Source of the DNA: Patescibacteria group bacterium
Lineage (GTDB): Bacteria; Patescibacteriota; Gracilibacteria; UBA1369
Length of the DNA stretch: 36,533 bases
NCBI GenBank assembly: GCA_018825335.1
Contig: JAHJEW010000098.1
Coordinates: 1-36,533, forward strand
Direction: 5' to 3'
The first letter of the stretch is position 1. Every line of letters begins with the position of its first letter. The notes beneath the pieces were generated by a model, which saw only the letters and a program-made list of their open reading frames with translations, was not told the origin of the DNA and ran no database searches. This document shows positions 19,402 through 27,531 of this stretch, piece by piece. Both the position numbers and the translations under genes were made by a program.

Positions 19402-21126
19402 ATGAAATATTCAAAACTTTTCGGGAAGACAAGGCTTAAAGCGCCGCACGACGCCCAGTCGGTGAATGCCGGGCTTCTTTCGCAGGCCGGGTTTATAGAC
19501 AAGGTGGCCGCCGGCATTTACAGCTTTTTGCCTTTGGGGCTGCGGGTTTTACATAAGATCAACGCGATCATAAGGGACGAGATGGACAAGGCCGGCGGCC
19601 AGGAGATACTGATGCCGGCGCTGCACCCGCAGGAGCTTTGGGAAATCACCGGGCGCACCAGGACCATGGACGATGTTTTGTACAGAACCAGGGGCGCCGG
19701 CAACAAGGACTTTATTTTTGGGGCCAGCCACGAGGAGGCCGTTACTCCGCTTGCGGCAAAATTTGTGCAGTCGTATAAGGATCTCCCCTTCTCCGTTTAT
19801 CAGATTCAGACGAAGTTTCGCGATGAGCCGCGCGCAAAATCGGGGCTTTTGCGCGGGCGCGAGTTCGGGATGAAAGACATGTACAGCTTTCATCGTGACG
19901 AAAAGGATTTGGATGAATACTACGAAAAAATCAAGCGGACCTATCTGAACGTTTATGAACGCTGCGGCATGAAGGCTTACATTGTTGAAGCGAGTGGCGG
20001 AGCTTTCAGCGACAAATTTTCGCACGAATATTCAATCGTAACTCCGGCGGGCGAGGATAGTATCATCATCGATACAAAAACGGGACATGCACAGAATACG
20101 GAAATTGCCACGGGGAAGATTAAAAACCCATCCGACAATGAAGAAAGAGAACTGCCAATGAAGGAGGTGAAAATCGAAAGAGGGCTGACCGTGGAGGAGA
20201 ACGCGAAGGCTCACAAGGTGGAACCGTGGAGAATTTTGAAATCCGTTGTTTACAAAGTAGACGGCGCCCCGCCAGGGCGGGATCTGCGACGCGGCGAAGG
20301 TTTTTTGGGAGTTGCCATACGCGGGGATCTTTCTATTAACGAGCACAAACTGGAAAAATATCTTGGAAAACCGGTGAAGGCGGCGAGCGCGGAAGAATTA
20401 TCGGAGCTGAAGCTGGTGAGGGGATTTATTTCGCCCGTGGATCAGCCGAATTTAAGGTTTATTGCTGATCACAGCATTAAGAATGTTAAGAATTTTGTGA
20501 CCGGCGCGAACAGGTTGAACCATGATCTTGTGAATGTGAATGAGGGGCGTGATTTTATTATTGATGACTTTACGGATCTTGTTTTGCTGGATGAGAACGC
20601 GCTGGACGGCGGGGATGGACATAAAGTGGAAAAGGCCGTTGAGGCGGGGAATATTTTTAAACTGGGTACAAAGTATTCCACTGCTTTCGGGCTTATGTAT
20701 ACGGATGAGGAGGGCAAGCAACACCCGGTTGTCATGGGATGTTACGGGATTGGCAACACGCGGCTTGTGGGTACGATTGTTGAGGCCAGCCACGATGAAA
20801 ACGGCATTATCTGGCCAAAATCCGTGGCGCCTTATTTGGTGCATCTGGTTTCGCTCGGCAACGATGATAATGTTTTGGCGGGCGCGGAAAAGCTTTATGG
20901 AGAACTAAATGAAAAAGGCGTTGAGGTTCTTTATGATGATCGAAATGAAAGCGCGGGAAAGAAATTGAAGGACGCCGATCTTATTGGTATTCCGCTGCGG
21001 CTGGTTTTGAGCGCGCGAACTTTGAAGGAGGACGCAGTTGAGTGGAAGGTGCGCGGCGAAAAAGAGGTCCGCATGGTGGGACTCGGCGACATTGTGGATA
21101 AAGTGGCTGAATTTGCGAAGAGTTAA
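19402..21126 (+). CDS. proS: proline--tRNA ligase with editing (INS) domain
   Basis: KFRDEPR..GLLRGREF.MKD.YSF, GNIFKLGTKYS, MGCYGIG, DADLIGIP. Start set at ATG of MKYSKLFG. Confidence 0.95.
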   Translation: MKYSKLFGKTRLKAPHDAQSVNAGLLSQAGFIDKVAAGIYSFLPLGLRVLHKINAIIRDEMDKAGGQEILMPALHPQELWEITGRTRTMDDVLYRTRGAGNKDFIFGASHEEAVTPLAAKFVQSYKDLPFSVYQIQTKFRDEPRAKSGLLRGREFGMKDMYSFHRDEKDLDEYYEKIKRTYLNVYERCGMKAYIVEASGGAFSDKFSHEYSIVTPAGEDSIIIDTKTGHAQNTEIATGKIKNPSDNEERELPMKEVKIERGLTVEENAKAHKVEPWRILKSVVYKVDGAPPGRDLRRGEGFLGVAIRGDLSINEHKLEKYLGKPVKAASAEELSELKLVRGFISPVDQPNLRFIADHSIKNVKNFVTGANRLNHDLVNVNEGRDFIIDDFTDLVLLDENALDGGDGHKVEKAVEAGNIFKLGTKYSTAFGLMYTDEEGKQHPVVMGCYGIGNTRLVGTIVEASHDENGIIWPKSVAPYLVHLVSLGNDDNVLAGAEKLYGELNEKGVEVLYDDRNESAGKKLKDADLIGIPLRLVLSARTLKEDAVEWKVRGEKEVRMVGLGDIVDKVAEFAKS

Positions 21127-21184
21127 GTTTGTCGTGAGAATACGGGCGATGTGGTCAATTGGTATTTTCTTACTTTTTCAATAG

Positions 21185-22045
21185 ATGCGTGTACTTATTC
21201 TGGGCAAAAACGGCATGCTGGGACACGACATGGAAAAGGTTTTTGTTGATACCGATGTGATTGCGCTAAGTTTTCTGGATCTGGATATTACGGATAAGGA
21301 AGCGGTTTTTGAAAAACTTATGACCATTGCGCCGGATATTTTGATCAACTGTACGGGTTACACGGATGTGGATGGCGCGGAAAAGGACGAAGAGAAGGCC
21401 AATGAGGTTAACGGATACGGCGTCGGGGTTCTTGCGCGGGCCTGCCGTGAGATTGACGCGACGCTGGTGCACTTCAGCAGCGATTATGTTTTTCACGGCG
21501 ATAAAAAAAGAGGATATAACGAGGATGACAGCATTAATCCCATAAACGCCTACGGGCGCAGCAAGGCTCTGGGCGAACAGCTGATTTTGGACGAAATGGA
21601 GTCCATAGGCGCGGACACGCCCAAGGAGGGCAAGTTTTTTATTATCCGGACGTCCTGGCTTTACGGCCTGCACGGAAAGAATTTTGTCGAAACCATGCTG
21701 GAGCTGGGAAACCGCGAGGAGCCCCTTAGGGTCGTGGATGACCAGTTTGGTAAACCTACATATACCCTGGATTTGTGCGAACAGGTAAAATGGCTTGCCT
21801 TAAGCCATGAATACCCTTCAGGGATTTATCATGTCACAAACGAGGGCGCGACCACGTGGTTCCGGTTCGCGAAGAAGATTTTTGAGCTTTCAAAAGTGCG
21901 CGGCCGCGTGATACCATGCACAACCGATGAATTTAAACGGCCGGCGCGAAGGCCAAAGTTCTCGGCATTAACAAATAATATGCTGCCAAAACTTAGACCG
22001 TGGGAAGAAGCGCTGGCGGATTATCTTAGATCAAGAAAAACTTAA
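21185..22045 (+). CDS. rfbD: dTDP-4-dehydrorhamnose reductase
   Basis: G..GMLG, YTDVD.AE, SSDYVF.G, YGRSK, RTSWLYG, VVDDQ.G.PT. Confidence 0.93.
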   Translation: MRVLILGKNGMLGHDMEKVFVDTDVIALSFLDLDITDKEAVFEKLMTIAPDILINCTGYTDVDGAEKDEEKANEVNGYGVGVLARACREIDATLVHFSSDYVFHGDKKRGYNEDDSINPINAYGRSKALGEQLILDEMESIGADTPKEGKFFIIRTSWLYGLHGKNFVETMLELGNREEPLRVVDDQFGKPTYTLDLCEQVKWLALSHEYPSGIYHVTNEGATTWFRFAKKIFELSKVRGRVIPCTTDEFKRPARRPKFSALTNNMLPKLRPWEEALADYLRSRKT

Positions 22046-22054
22046 CGTTTTTTT

Positions 22055-22804
22055 ATGGATAAAAGTGCCGGAAAGGCCGCAGTAAAGGGTATTGTTCTGG
22101 CGGGAGGAAACGGGCGCAGACTGGAGCCGCTCACCAGCGTTACCAACAAGCATCTTCTGGCGGTTTATGACAAGCCGATGATTTATTATCCTCTTGGAAC
22201 GCTTTTGAATGCGGGGGTTAAAGATATTTTGATTATTACGGGGCGCGATCACGCCGGGAGGTTTCTGAAACTTCTGGGGTCCGGCGGTGATCTTGGGTGC
22301 CGTTTTTCTTTTGCTGTTCAGGACGAAGCCGGGGGGATCGCGCAGGCGCTGGCCCTTGCGGAAAATTTCGTCGGCAAAGACAACTGCGCCGTTATTTTGG
22401 GCGACAATATTTTCGAGGATGATTTTGGCGGTGTAATCGGGGATTTCCGGGATCGGAAGGGCGCGCGCATTTTCATTAAAGACGTACCGGATCCGCATCG
22501 TTTCGGGGTCGCGGAGCTGAATGGAGAGAAGGTTATCAATATTGAGGAAAAGCCATCGAATCCAAAAAGTTCATACGCGGTGACCGGTTTGTATCTTTAT
22601 GACAACGATGTTTTTAGTGTGATTAAGGATATAGAGCCATCCGGCAGAGGCGAAATGGAAATTACCGACGTCAATAATCATTATATTCAAAAAGGGCTTA
22701 TGCGGGCGCACTTTGTTAAGAGAGAATGGACGGACGCGGGGACGTTTGAGAGTTTGTATAACGCCAACAGGATTGCCAGAAATATTGAATTGGCGAAGTC
22801 ATGA
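22055..22804 (+). CDS. rfbA: glucose-1-phosphate thymidylyltransferase (short RfbA/SpsI-like form)
   Basis: GIVLAGG.G.RL.PLT...NKHLL.VYDKPMIYYP, LGDNIF, EEKP, SGRGEMEITD, WTDAGT. Confidence 0.82.
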   Translation: MDKSAGKAAVKGIVLAGGNGRRLEPLTSVTNKHLLAVYDKPMIYYPLGTLLNAGVKDILIITGRDHAGRFLKLLGSGGDLGCRFSFAVQDEAGGIAQALALAENFVGKDNCAVILGDNIFEDDFGGVIGDFRDRKGARIFIKDVPDPHRFGVAELNGEKVINIEEKPSNPKSSYAVTGLYLYDNDVFSVIKDIEPSGRGEMEITDVNNHYIQKGLMRAHFVKREWTDAGTFESLYNANRIARNIELAKS

Positions 22805-23805
22805 GTGAAGTTTATAACCCAGACGGCCGGATTCTTGTTGTGGGATCGCTCGCATACGACCATGTTATGCGGCACGCCGGCAGTTTTAAGGATGCGATTT
22901 TGCCGGGCAATTACAATGTTTCGCTGCCCGCCGCAGGTCGTCAGGTCTTTTTTGGCGGATGCGGCGGCAATATTGCTTATAGTTTGAGTCTGTTTGGCGA
23001 GCGGCCGGTTATTATTACGGCCGCCGGAAAGGATTTTGACGATTATGAAAAACGGCTTTCGTCGCTTGGCGTGGACATTTCTTTTGTGACGCGTTCGCGA
23101 CATCTGCCTACGGCCTCCGCCTTTATTGTGACCGACAAGAATGAAAATCAGGTTACGATTTTCGATCCGGGCGCCATGCACGGGGAGGATTGCGCGGTTT
23201 CAATCGGCGATGTTTTGTCGGCGAAACGCGACGCGTCGCAAGACGCGGAGCGCGGCGGGGTTTCCCGCGCTATTATTTCCCCCGACAAACCGTCGAACAT
23301 GCTTAAGTTCGCGCGGGAATGTCGCGAACACGGGATTCCGTATATTTTTGATCCCGCCCAGCAGATTGGCCTTTTTGAGGATGATGAGTTGCTTACCGCT
23401 ATTTCGGGTGCGGAAATTCTCATCGTTAACGAGTATGAAGCGGGGCTTCTGGAAAGTAAGCTGGGTCTTGTGCGCGCGAAGATTGCTACCATGGCGGGGA
23501 TTTATATAGAAACGCACGGGGCGCGCGGCGCGGCGGTGCAGGTTAATTTGGCTGGCAGGGCGTGCGAAATGCTTCACATTGCGGCCGTGGCGCCGACGCG
23601 GCTCATCGATCCGACCGGCTGCGGCGACGCTTTCCGCGCGGGTGTTCTTGTCGGCCTGCAAAGAGGCTTCGGCATTGAGAAAGCCTGCCGCGTCGGCGCG
23701 CTTTTGGCTACATATAGCCTTGAATGCGCAGGAACACAGTCCCACTCTTTTACATTGGCCCGATTCGCCGATCGCTTCAAAGAAAGTTTCGGAGAAAGTT
23801 TTTAG
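22801..23805 (+). CDS. PfkB-family carbohydrate kinase (adenosine kinase-like)
   Basis: GSLAYD, FGGCGGNIAY, FDPAQQ, VNEYE, DPTGCGDAFRAG. Confidence 0.88.
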   Translation: MSEVYNPDGRILVVGSLAYDHVMRHAGSFKDAILPGNYNVSLPAAGRQVFFGGCGGNIAYSLSLFGERPVIITAAGKDFDDYEKRLSSLGVDISFVTRSRHLPTASAFIVTDKNENQVTIFDPGAMHGEDCAVSIGDVLSAKRDASQDAERGGVSRAIISPDKPSNMLKFARECREHGIPYIFDPAQQIGLFEDDELLTAISGAEILIVNEYEAGLLESKLGLVRAKIATMAGIYIETHGARGAAVQVNLAGRACEMLHIAAVAPTRLIDPTGCGDAFRAGVLVGLQRGFGIEKACRVGALLATYSLECAGTQSHSFTLARFADRFKESFGESF

Positions 23806-23870
23806 GTTATAATTGTCCCACTTGCTATAATGCGTGGTGGATATTATCAAAAATTAACAAAAATATTTTT

Positions 23871-24386
23871 ATGGTTCGACAAAAAGTAAATAAACTTCTC
23901 ACCGCAATCGCGGCGCTTTGCTTTGTTGCAATGGGCGTGACGATTTACCTTACCTACATGCATTTTAAGCCGGAAGCGGCCGAATTCTGTAATTTCAGCG
24001 AAGCGTGGAACTGCGATGTCGTCAACAAAAGCGCCTGGTCGGTTGTTGATCTCGGCTTCGTACAGATTCCGGTTGCGATCCTGGGTTTTCTTACGTATTT
24101 AACCTTTTTTGTTGTGTCGATTCTGATCGTAAAAAAAGTGAACTGGCGTAAGATTTGGGGTAGGCTGAACGAAAAGCTGATTTTGAATTTGATGAAGTAT
24201 CTGAGCATAATCGGGTTTGTTTTTAGTCTTTATCTAAGCTATATAGAAGCTTTTGTGCTGCAGACGTTCTGCCTTTTCTGCGTGATTCAGCAGGTGATTA
24301 TTCTTGCGATCATGATTTTGTTTTTTGTGATTCTGGCCGCGATCAAATCGGACATGAATAAGACCCGCGCGTGCGAGTTTTGTTGA
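23871..24386 (+). CDS. vitamin K epoxide reductase (VKOR) family disulfide-formation membrane protein
   Basis: Loop Cys pair C......NC..V..S.WS, four TM helices, FCLFC redox motif. Start at ATG 23871 after TGcTATAAT. Confidence 0.88.
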   Translation: MVRQKVNKLLTAIAALCFVAMGVTIYLTYMHFKPEAAEFCNFSEAWNCDVVNKSAWSVVDLGFVQIPVAILGFLTYLTFFVVSILIVKKVNWRKIWGRLNEKLILNLMKYLSIIGFVFSLYLSYIEAFVLQTFCLFCVIQQVIILAIMILFFVILAAIKSDMNKTRACEFC

Positions 24387-24403
24387 TTTTATAATACGGT
24401 TTT

Positions 24404-25120
24404 ATGGACGGATTTTACGCGGATTTGCGGTTCCCGACTGTGGTGGTGACGGCGCTGGTCGATTCGATCAATCCTTGCGCGATCGGGGTTTTGATTCTGC
24501 TGATTTCCACGCTTCTGGCGCTATTTGAGAACAAGAAACGGCTTTTGTTCGTGGGCATTGTTTATGTGGCTGCTGTTTATATCACTTATTTACTTGCCGG
24601 ATTGGGTCTTCTTCTTTTCATTCAGCGGCTTTCCATTCATCTGGAGCAGTCTCTGGGGCTTCTTGTGGGGTGCCTGGTTATTTTTCTGGGTCTTATAGAA
24701 GTCAAGGACGCTTTCTGGCCCAATAAAAAAAAAGGGCCGATTTTGGGGATCAATCCCCGTTACGCGGAAAGAATTAAGGTGATGGCGCATAAGGCGACGG
24801 TTCCCGGTGTAATTGCTCTTGGAATGTTTGTGGCGGCGGTGGAGCTGCCATGCACGGGAGGTCCTTATCTGGCCATTACTACGATTTTGTCACGGAATTT
24901 CGATATGAAGACCTTTTTTTATTTGCTGCTGTATAATTTTATTTTTGTGCTGCCGCTGATTGTAATTGTCGGGCTGGCTTATCTGGGGACGAGCGTGGCG
25001 AGTCTAAAGAAGTGGAAAGAGATGAACAAAAAGTGGATGAGGTTTGGTGCCGGCCTTTTAATGATTGCGCTGGGGATTTTGCTGATGCTGTTGGCGGAGG
25101 ATGTGATCGCGCTGTATTAG
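24404..25120 (+). CDS. CcdA/DsbD-like transmembrane thiol-disulfide protein
   Basis: DSINPCA and VELPCTGGPY motifs; about six TM segments. Confidence 0.8.
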   Translation: MDGFYADLRFPTVVVTALVDSINPCAIGVLILLISTLLALFENKKRLLFVGIVYVAAVYITYLLAGLGLLLFIQRLSIHLEQSLGLLVGCLVIFLGLIEVKDAFWPNKKKGPILGINPRYAERIKVMAHKATVPGVIALGMFVAAVELPCTGGPYLAITTILSRNFDMKTFFYLLLYNFIFVLPLIVIVGLAYLGTSVASLKKWKEMNKKWMRFGAGLLMIALGILLMLLAEDVIALY

Positions 25121-25265
25121 GTTTTTTTTTGGTTGTTTTTTAGAAATATTTTAAGTGGAGATTAGATATTTTTCACAACAGTTTGGTAATATCTTGTCAC
25201 CAGAAAATTCTTGTCACCAAAAAAAAAGTAACATATATTTTGTAGCCCATAAAAAGGACAACAAC

Positions 25266-25625
25266 ATGATAAAAGATTTACAAAAACCCGCCACCAAGGG
25301 TGATTTAATGCTTACCAAAAAAGAACTGCGTAAGGAGATGAGTGATTTGAGTAAAGGGCTGCGCGGGGAGATGACCGACATGCGCGGGGAGATTGGAAAT
25401 ATTAAAGTGGACATTCTGGATATCAGGGGAGAGTTGCGGGATATTAGGGCTAATATGTATACAAAGGCGGACCACATGAAGTTTATGGAATGGATGGATG
25501 AGGCGATGACGGAATTGCGGGACACGCGGGATGAAAGGAGGCTATCGGAGTCGCATATGCTGCGCATGGATGACACGCTTGGCGATCATGAAAAGCGGAT
25601 TGTCAGGCTGGAGAAGGCGGCGTAG
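25266..25625 (+). CDS. small coiled-coil protein with heptad repeats
   Basis: PATKGDL followed by LRKEMSD/LRGEMTD/MRGEIGN heptads and HEKRIVRLE. ATG 25266 is preceded by AAGGA. Confidence 0.65.
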   Translation: MIKDLQKPATKGDLMLTKKELRKEMSDLSKGLRGEMTDMRGEIGNIKVDILDIRGELRDIRANMYTKADHMKFMEWMDEAMTELRDTRDERRLSESHMLRMDDTLGDHEKRIVRLEKAA

Positions 25626-25673
25626 GGGGCATGGCGAAAATAGGCATTTTGTTTGTGCCCGGATATTTTAAAA

Positions 25674-25699
25674 AGCGCACTTCGTTTTGCTGCGTGCGT
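25674..25699 (+). repeat. REP-like 26-bp hairpin repeat, copy 1
   Basis: AGCGCACTTCGTTTTGCTGCGTGCGT, 22/26 identical to the copy at 32221. Confidence 0.65.
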
Positions 25700-25739
25700 G
25701 GTTGAAAGAGGAAAAACTCACTTACGAATGGTGAGGGTG

Positions 25740-25772
25740 GCGGACCTGGTTCTTTGTGGGAACCAGGTCCGC
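25740..25772 (-). terminator. 13-bp GC hairpin downstream of the cassette 1 gene (no U-tract)
   Basis: GCGGACCTGGTTC-N7-GAACCAGGTCCGC. A second CCCCGG/CCGGGG hairpin lies near 25793-25814. Confidence 0.55.
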
Positions 25773-25828
25773 TCCTCGGTTGTGGCGCTCGACCCCCGGT
25801 TTTTAGGCCGGGGGGAGCGCAGGGGGGG

Positions 25829-26659
25829 TCAGTTGGTCCCGAGGGGGATCACGCTGACCGTTGCTGCGCCGCCGCCGAAGGCGACGGCGCAGCCCGACGC
25901 CGACCCGAAGTCGGCGTAGGTGGGGGCTCCGGCCGCCCCCGAGAAGGTGGCATGGCCGGTGTCCCAGGACACCGCGCCAACCACCGCACCGACGACCTTG
26001 ACGGTCTCGGCGCACTTTCCGGCGGCGAACACCACGGATGCGACCGTGGTGTTCGCCGTGGTGGACATCTTTAGGGTTTGGCACCCCCAAAGTCCACTGG
26101 TTGCCCCGTCGGCGTAGGCGTCGCTGACGGCGAGGTAGGCATTGGGATCGTTCGAGGCCGGGGGGCCGTTGAACGAGCACAGTTGGTAGTTGGTGACAGT
26201 GCCACCCGTGCTACCGCCGGTGCCGCCAGTGCCGGTGCTGCCCGTGTTGCAGGCGAACTGCGCCGTGGTGTGCTCGCACACCATCTCGCAGATGCCCGTC
26301 GAGGTCTCGAAGACCTCGCAACCGACGCCCGGGGCGCCCTGGGCGCCCGCGGCACCCGGCGGGAGCTTGATGCTCTCGCCGTTTTCGCATGCCACGACGA
26401 TGGTTCCATCGTCGAGCTGCGTTGCCGTGGACACCACACAGGTGCCCTTGGCGACGTCGGTGCTGGACAGGACGTCGCCGTCCTCGTCCCTGCACACGCG
26501 CATCGAATTGCCATTCTCGTCCTGCTCGTACGAGCAGGACGAGAAGTCGTCGCCGCAGCCCGCGAGGGCCGCAACGACGAGCAGGAGGGTGGTGATGAGG
26601 GCCGCCTTGGCGGCCCTCGCCTTTTTTGCCCCGCAGGGGGGGCGGGTGGCATTCGCCAT
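25829..26659 (-). CDS. GC-rich Cys-containing lipoprotein with short collagen-like and Gly/Thr-rich linkers
   Basis: AAGGAG-N9-ATG (MANATRPP), LAGC lipobox, PGAAGAQGAPG, GSTGTGGTGGSTGG. The first 99 codons of the listed ORF are probably leader. Confidence 0.78.
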   Translation of the reverse strand: MANATRPPCGAKKARAAKAALITTLLLVVAALAGCGDDFSSCSYEQDENGNSMRVCRDEDGDVLSSTDVAKGTCVVSTATQLDDGTIVVACENGESIKLPPGAAGAQGAPGVGCEVFETSTGICEMVCEHTTAQFACNTGSTGTGGTGGSTGGTVTNYQLCSFNGPPASNDPNAYLAVSDAYADGATSGLWGCQTLKMSTTANTTVASVVFAAGKCAETVKVVGAVVGAVSWDTGHATFSGAAGAPTYADFGSASGCAVAFGGGAATVSVIPLGTN

Positions 26660-26949
26660 TGTCTCAATCTCCTTCCCCTGGGAGGGGGAACACCGCGCAC
26701 TATGCGCAGTGGCGCCCCTCCGTTCGGGGCACGCAGCTACCAGGGATGATCGGGTCGGACGGCTGCTAGAGCGCGTCGGGTCCGGATCCGTGGCAGGTGT
26801 GTGCCCCGAGGAGGGAAAGGGTTTGGGAGTGTGGCTTATCGCCACAAAAAAGGGAAATTGTGTTTGCTTTCGCAAACTTCGCTGCCAGTTTTTATTAGCG
26901 TGCTGGCGCACGCGGGATCTCGCTTGCGCAAAATCTGTTCGTAAGTGAG

Positions 26950-26961
26950 TTTTCAAAGGTC
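26950..26961 (-). promoter_or_regulatory. boxA-like motif, cassette 1 leader
   Basis: GACCTTTGAAAA on the minus strand, directly after a CGCCC/GGGCG hairpin and overlapping the inverted-repeat arm. Confidence 0.55.
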
Positions 26962-27123
26962 AATGCGCCCGAAGGATTTGACTCCGAAAGGGCGACTTTT
27001 CTTATTTATCCACGTTTTGCTGCTCATAAAAAATGGTAAAGCTTTATGGGACGCGGCATAGGCCGTGGCCCGATAAAACCTTATTGATCCGTTTTTTTGA
27101 GCATGTGAGTAAACAAGGAGAGG

Positions 27124-27152
27124 AATGTATCATATTCCCCTATTTCTGTCAA
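27124..27152 (-). promoter_or_regulatory. sigma70 promoter driving cassette 1
   Basis: TTGACA-N17-TACATT with extended -10 TG. Confidence 0.72.
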
Positions 27153-27531
27153 GCCACATCATTGTTGGATGATGAGCCGGGCAGCTGCCTGTTTAAATGC
27201 GAGGCAGGCGGGAATATTACAATGATTTTTGAGGATAAGTCAAAATATTGTTTTAGGTTTGTCAAAAGGTTTTTGCAGGTAGGGATCGTTTGCCAAAATT
27301 TTTTGCATGGGAAAGGGCCGCTTCATGTTATGAAGCGGCCCATCGGCGCACCTTGTTGTCCCGAATTAACGGGGCGTTAAGGGCGCCATTCCCGATCTTT
27401 TTTGCTTTGGCTTACCTCCTTTCCGGCGGGCGAGGGAGCTTTCACTCCCCCGCCCCATGCTCACGGTTGCCGTCCGCGTGGTCTTTTTTCTCACAGCTGG
27501 CTGGGCTGTAAGTCACCCGGTAGCGGTAGTG

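Larger units (their letters stand above)
25713..26953 (-). other. GC-rich cassette 1 bounded by a perfect 16-bp inverted repeat
   Basis: AAAACTCACTTACGAA (25713-25728) and TTCGTAAGTGAGTTTT (26938-26953) enclose a visibly GC-rich gene. Confidence 0.85.

Noticed and set aside
23215-23262. GC hairpin (GCGTC-gcaa-GACGC) in the PfkB gene as an inserted repeat
   Set aside because: The stem is short and I saw no second copy; it cannot be distinguished from a variable loop.
26860-27000. c-di-GMP or other known riboswitch in the cassette 1 leader
   Set aside because: GAAA hairpins are present but I could not match a full consensus by eye.
27033-27380. 115-aa plus-strand ORF between cassettes 1 and 2
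   Set aside because: No recognisable motif, and it overlaps the minus-strand promoters of cassette 1; probably non-coding.
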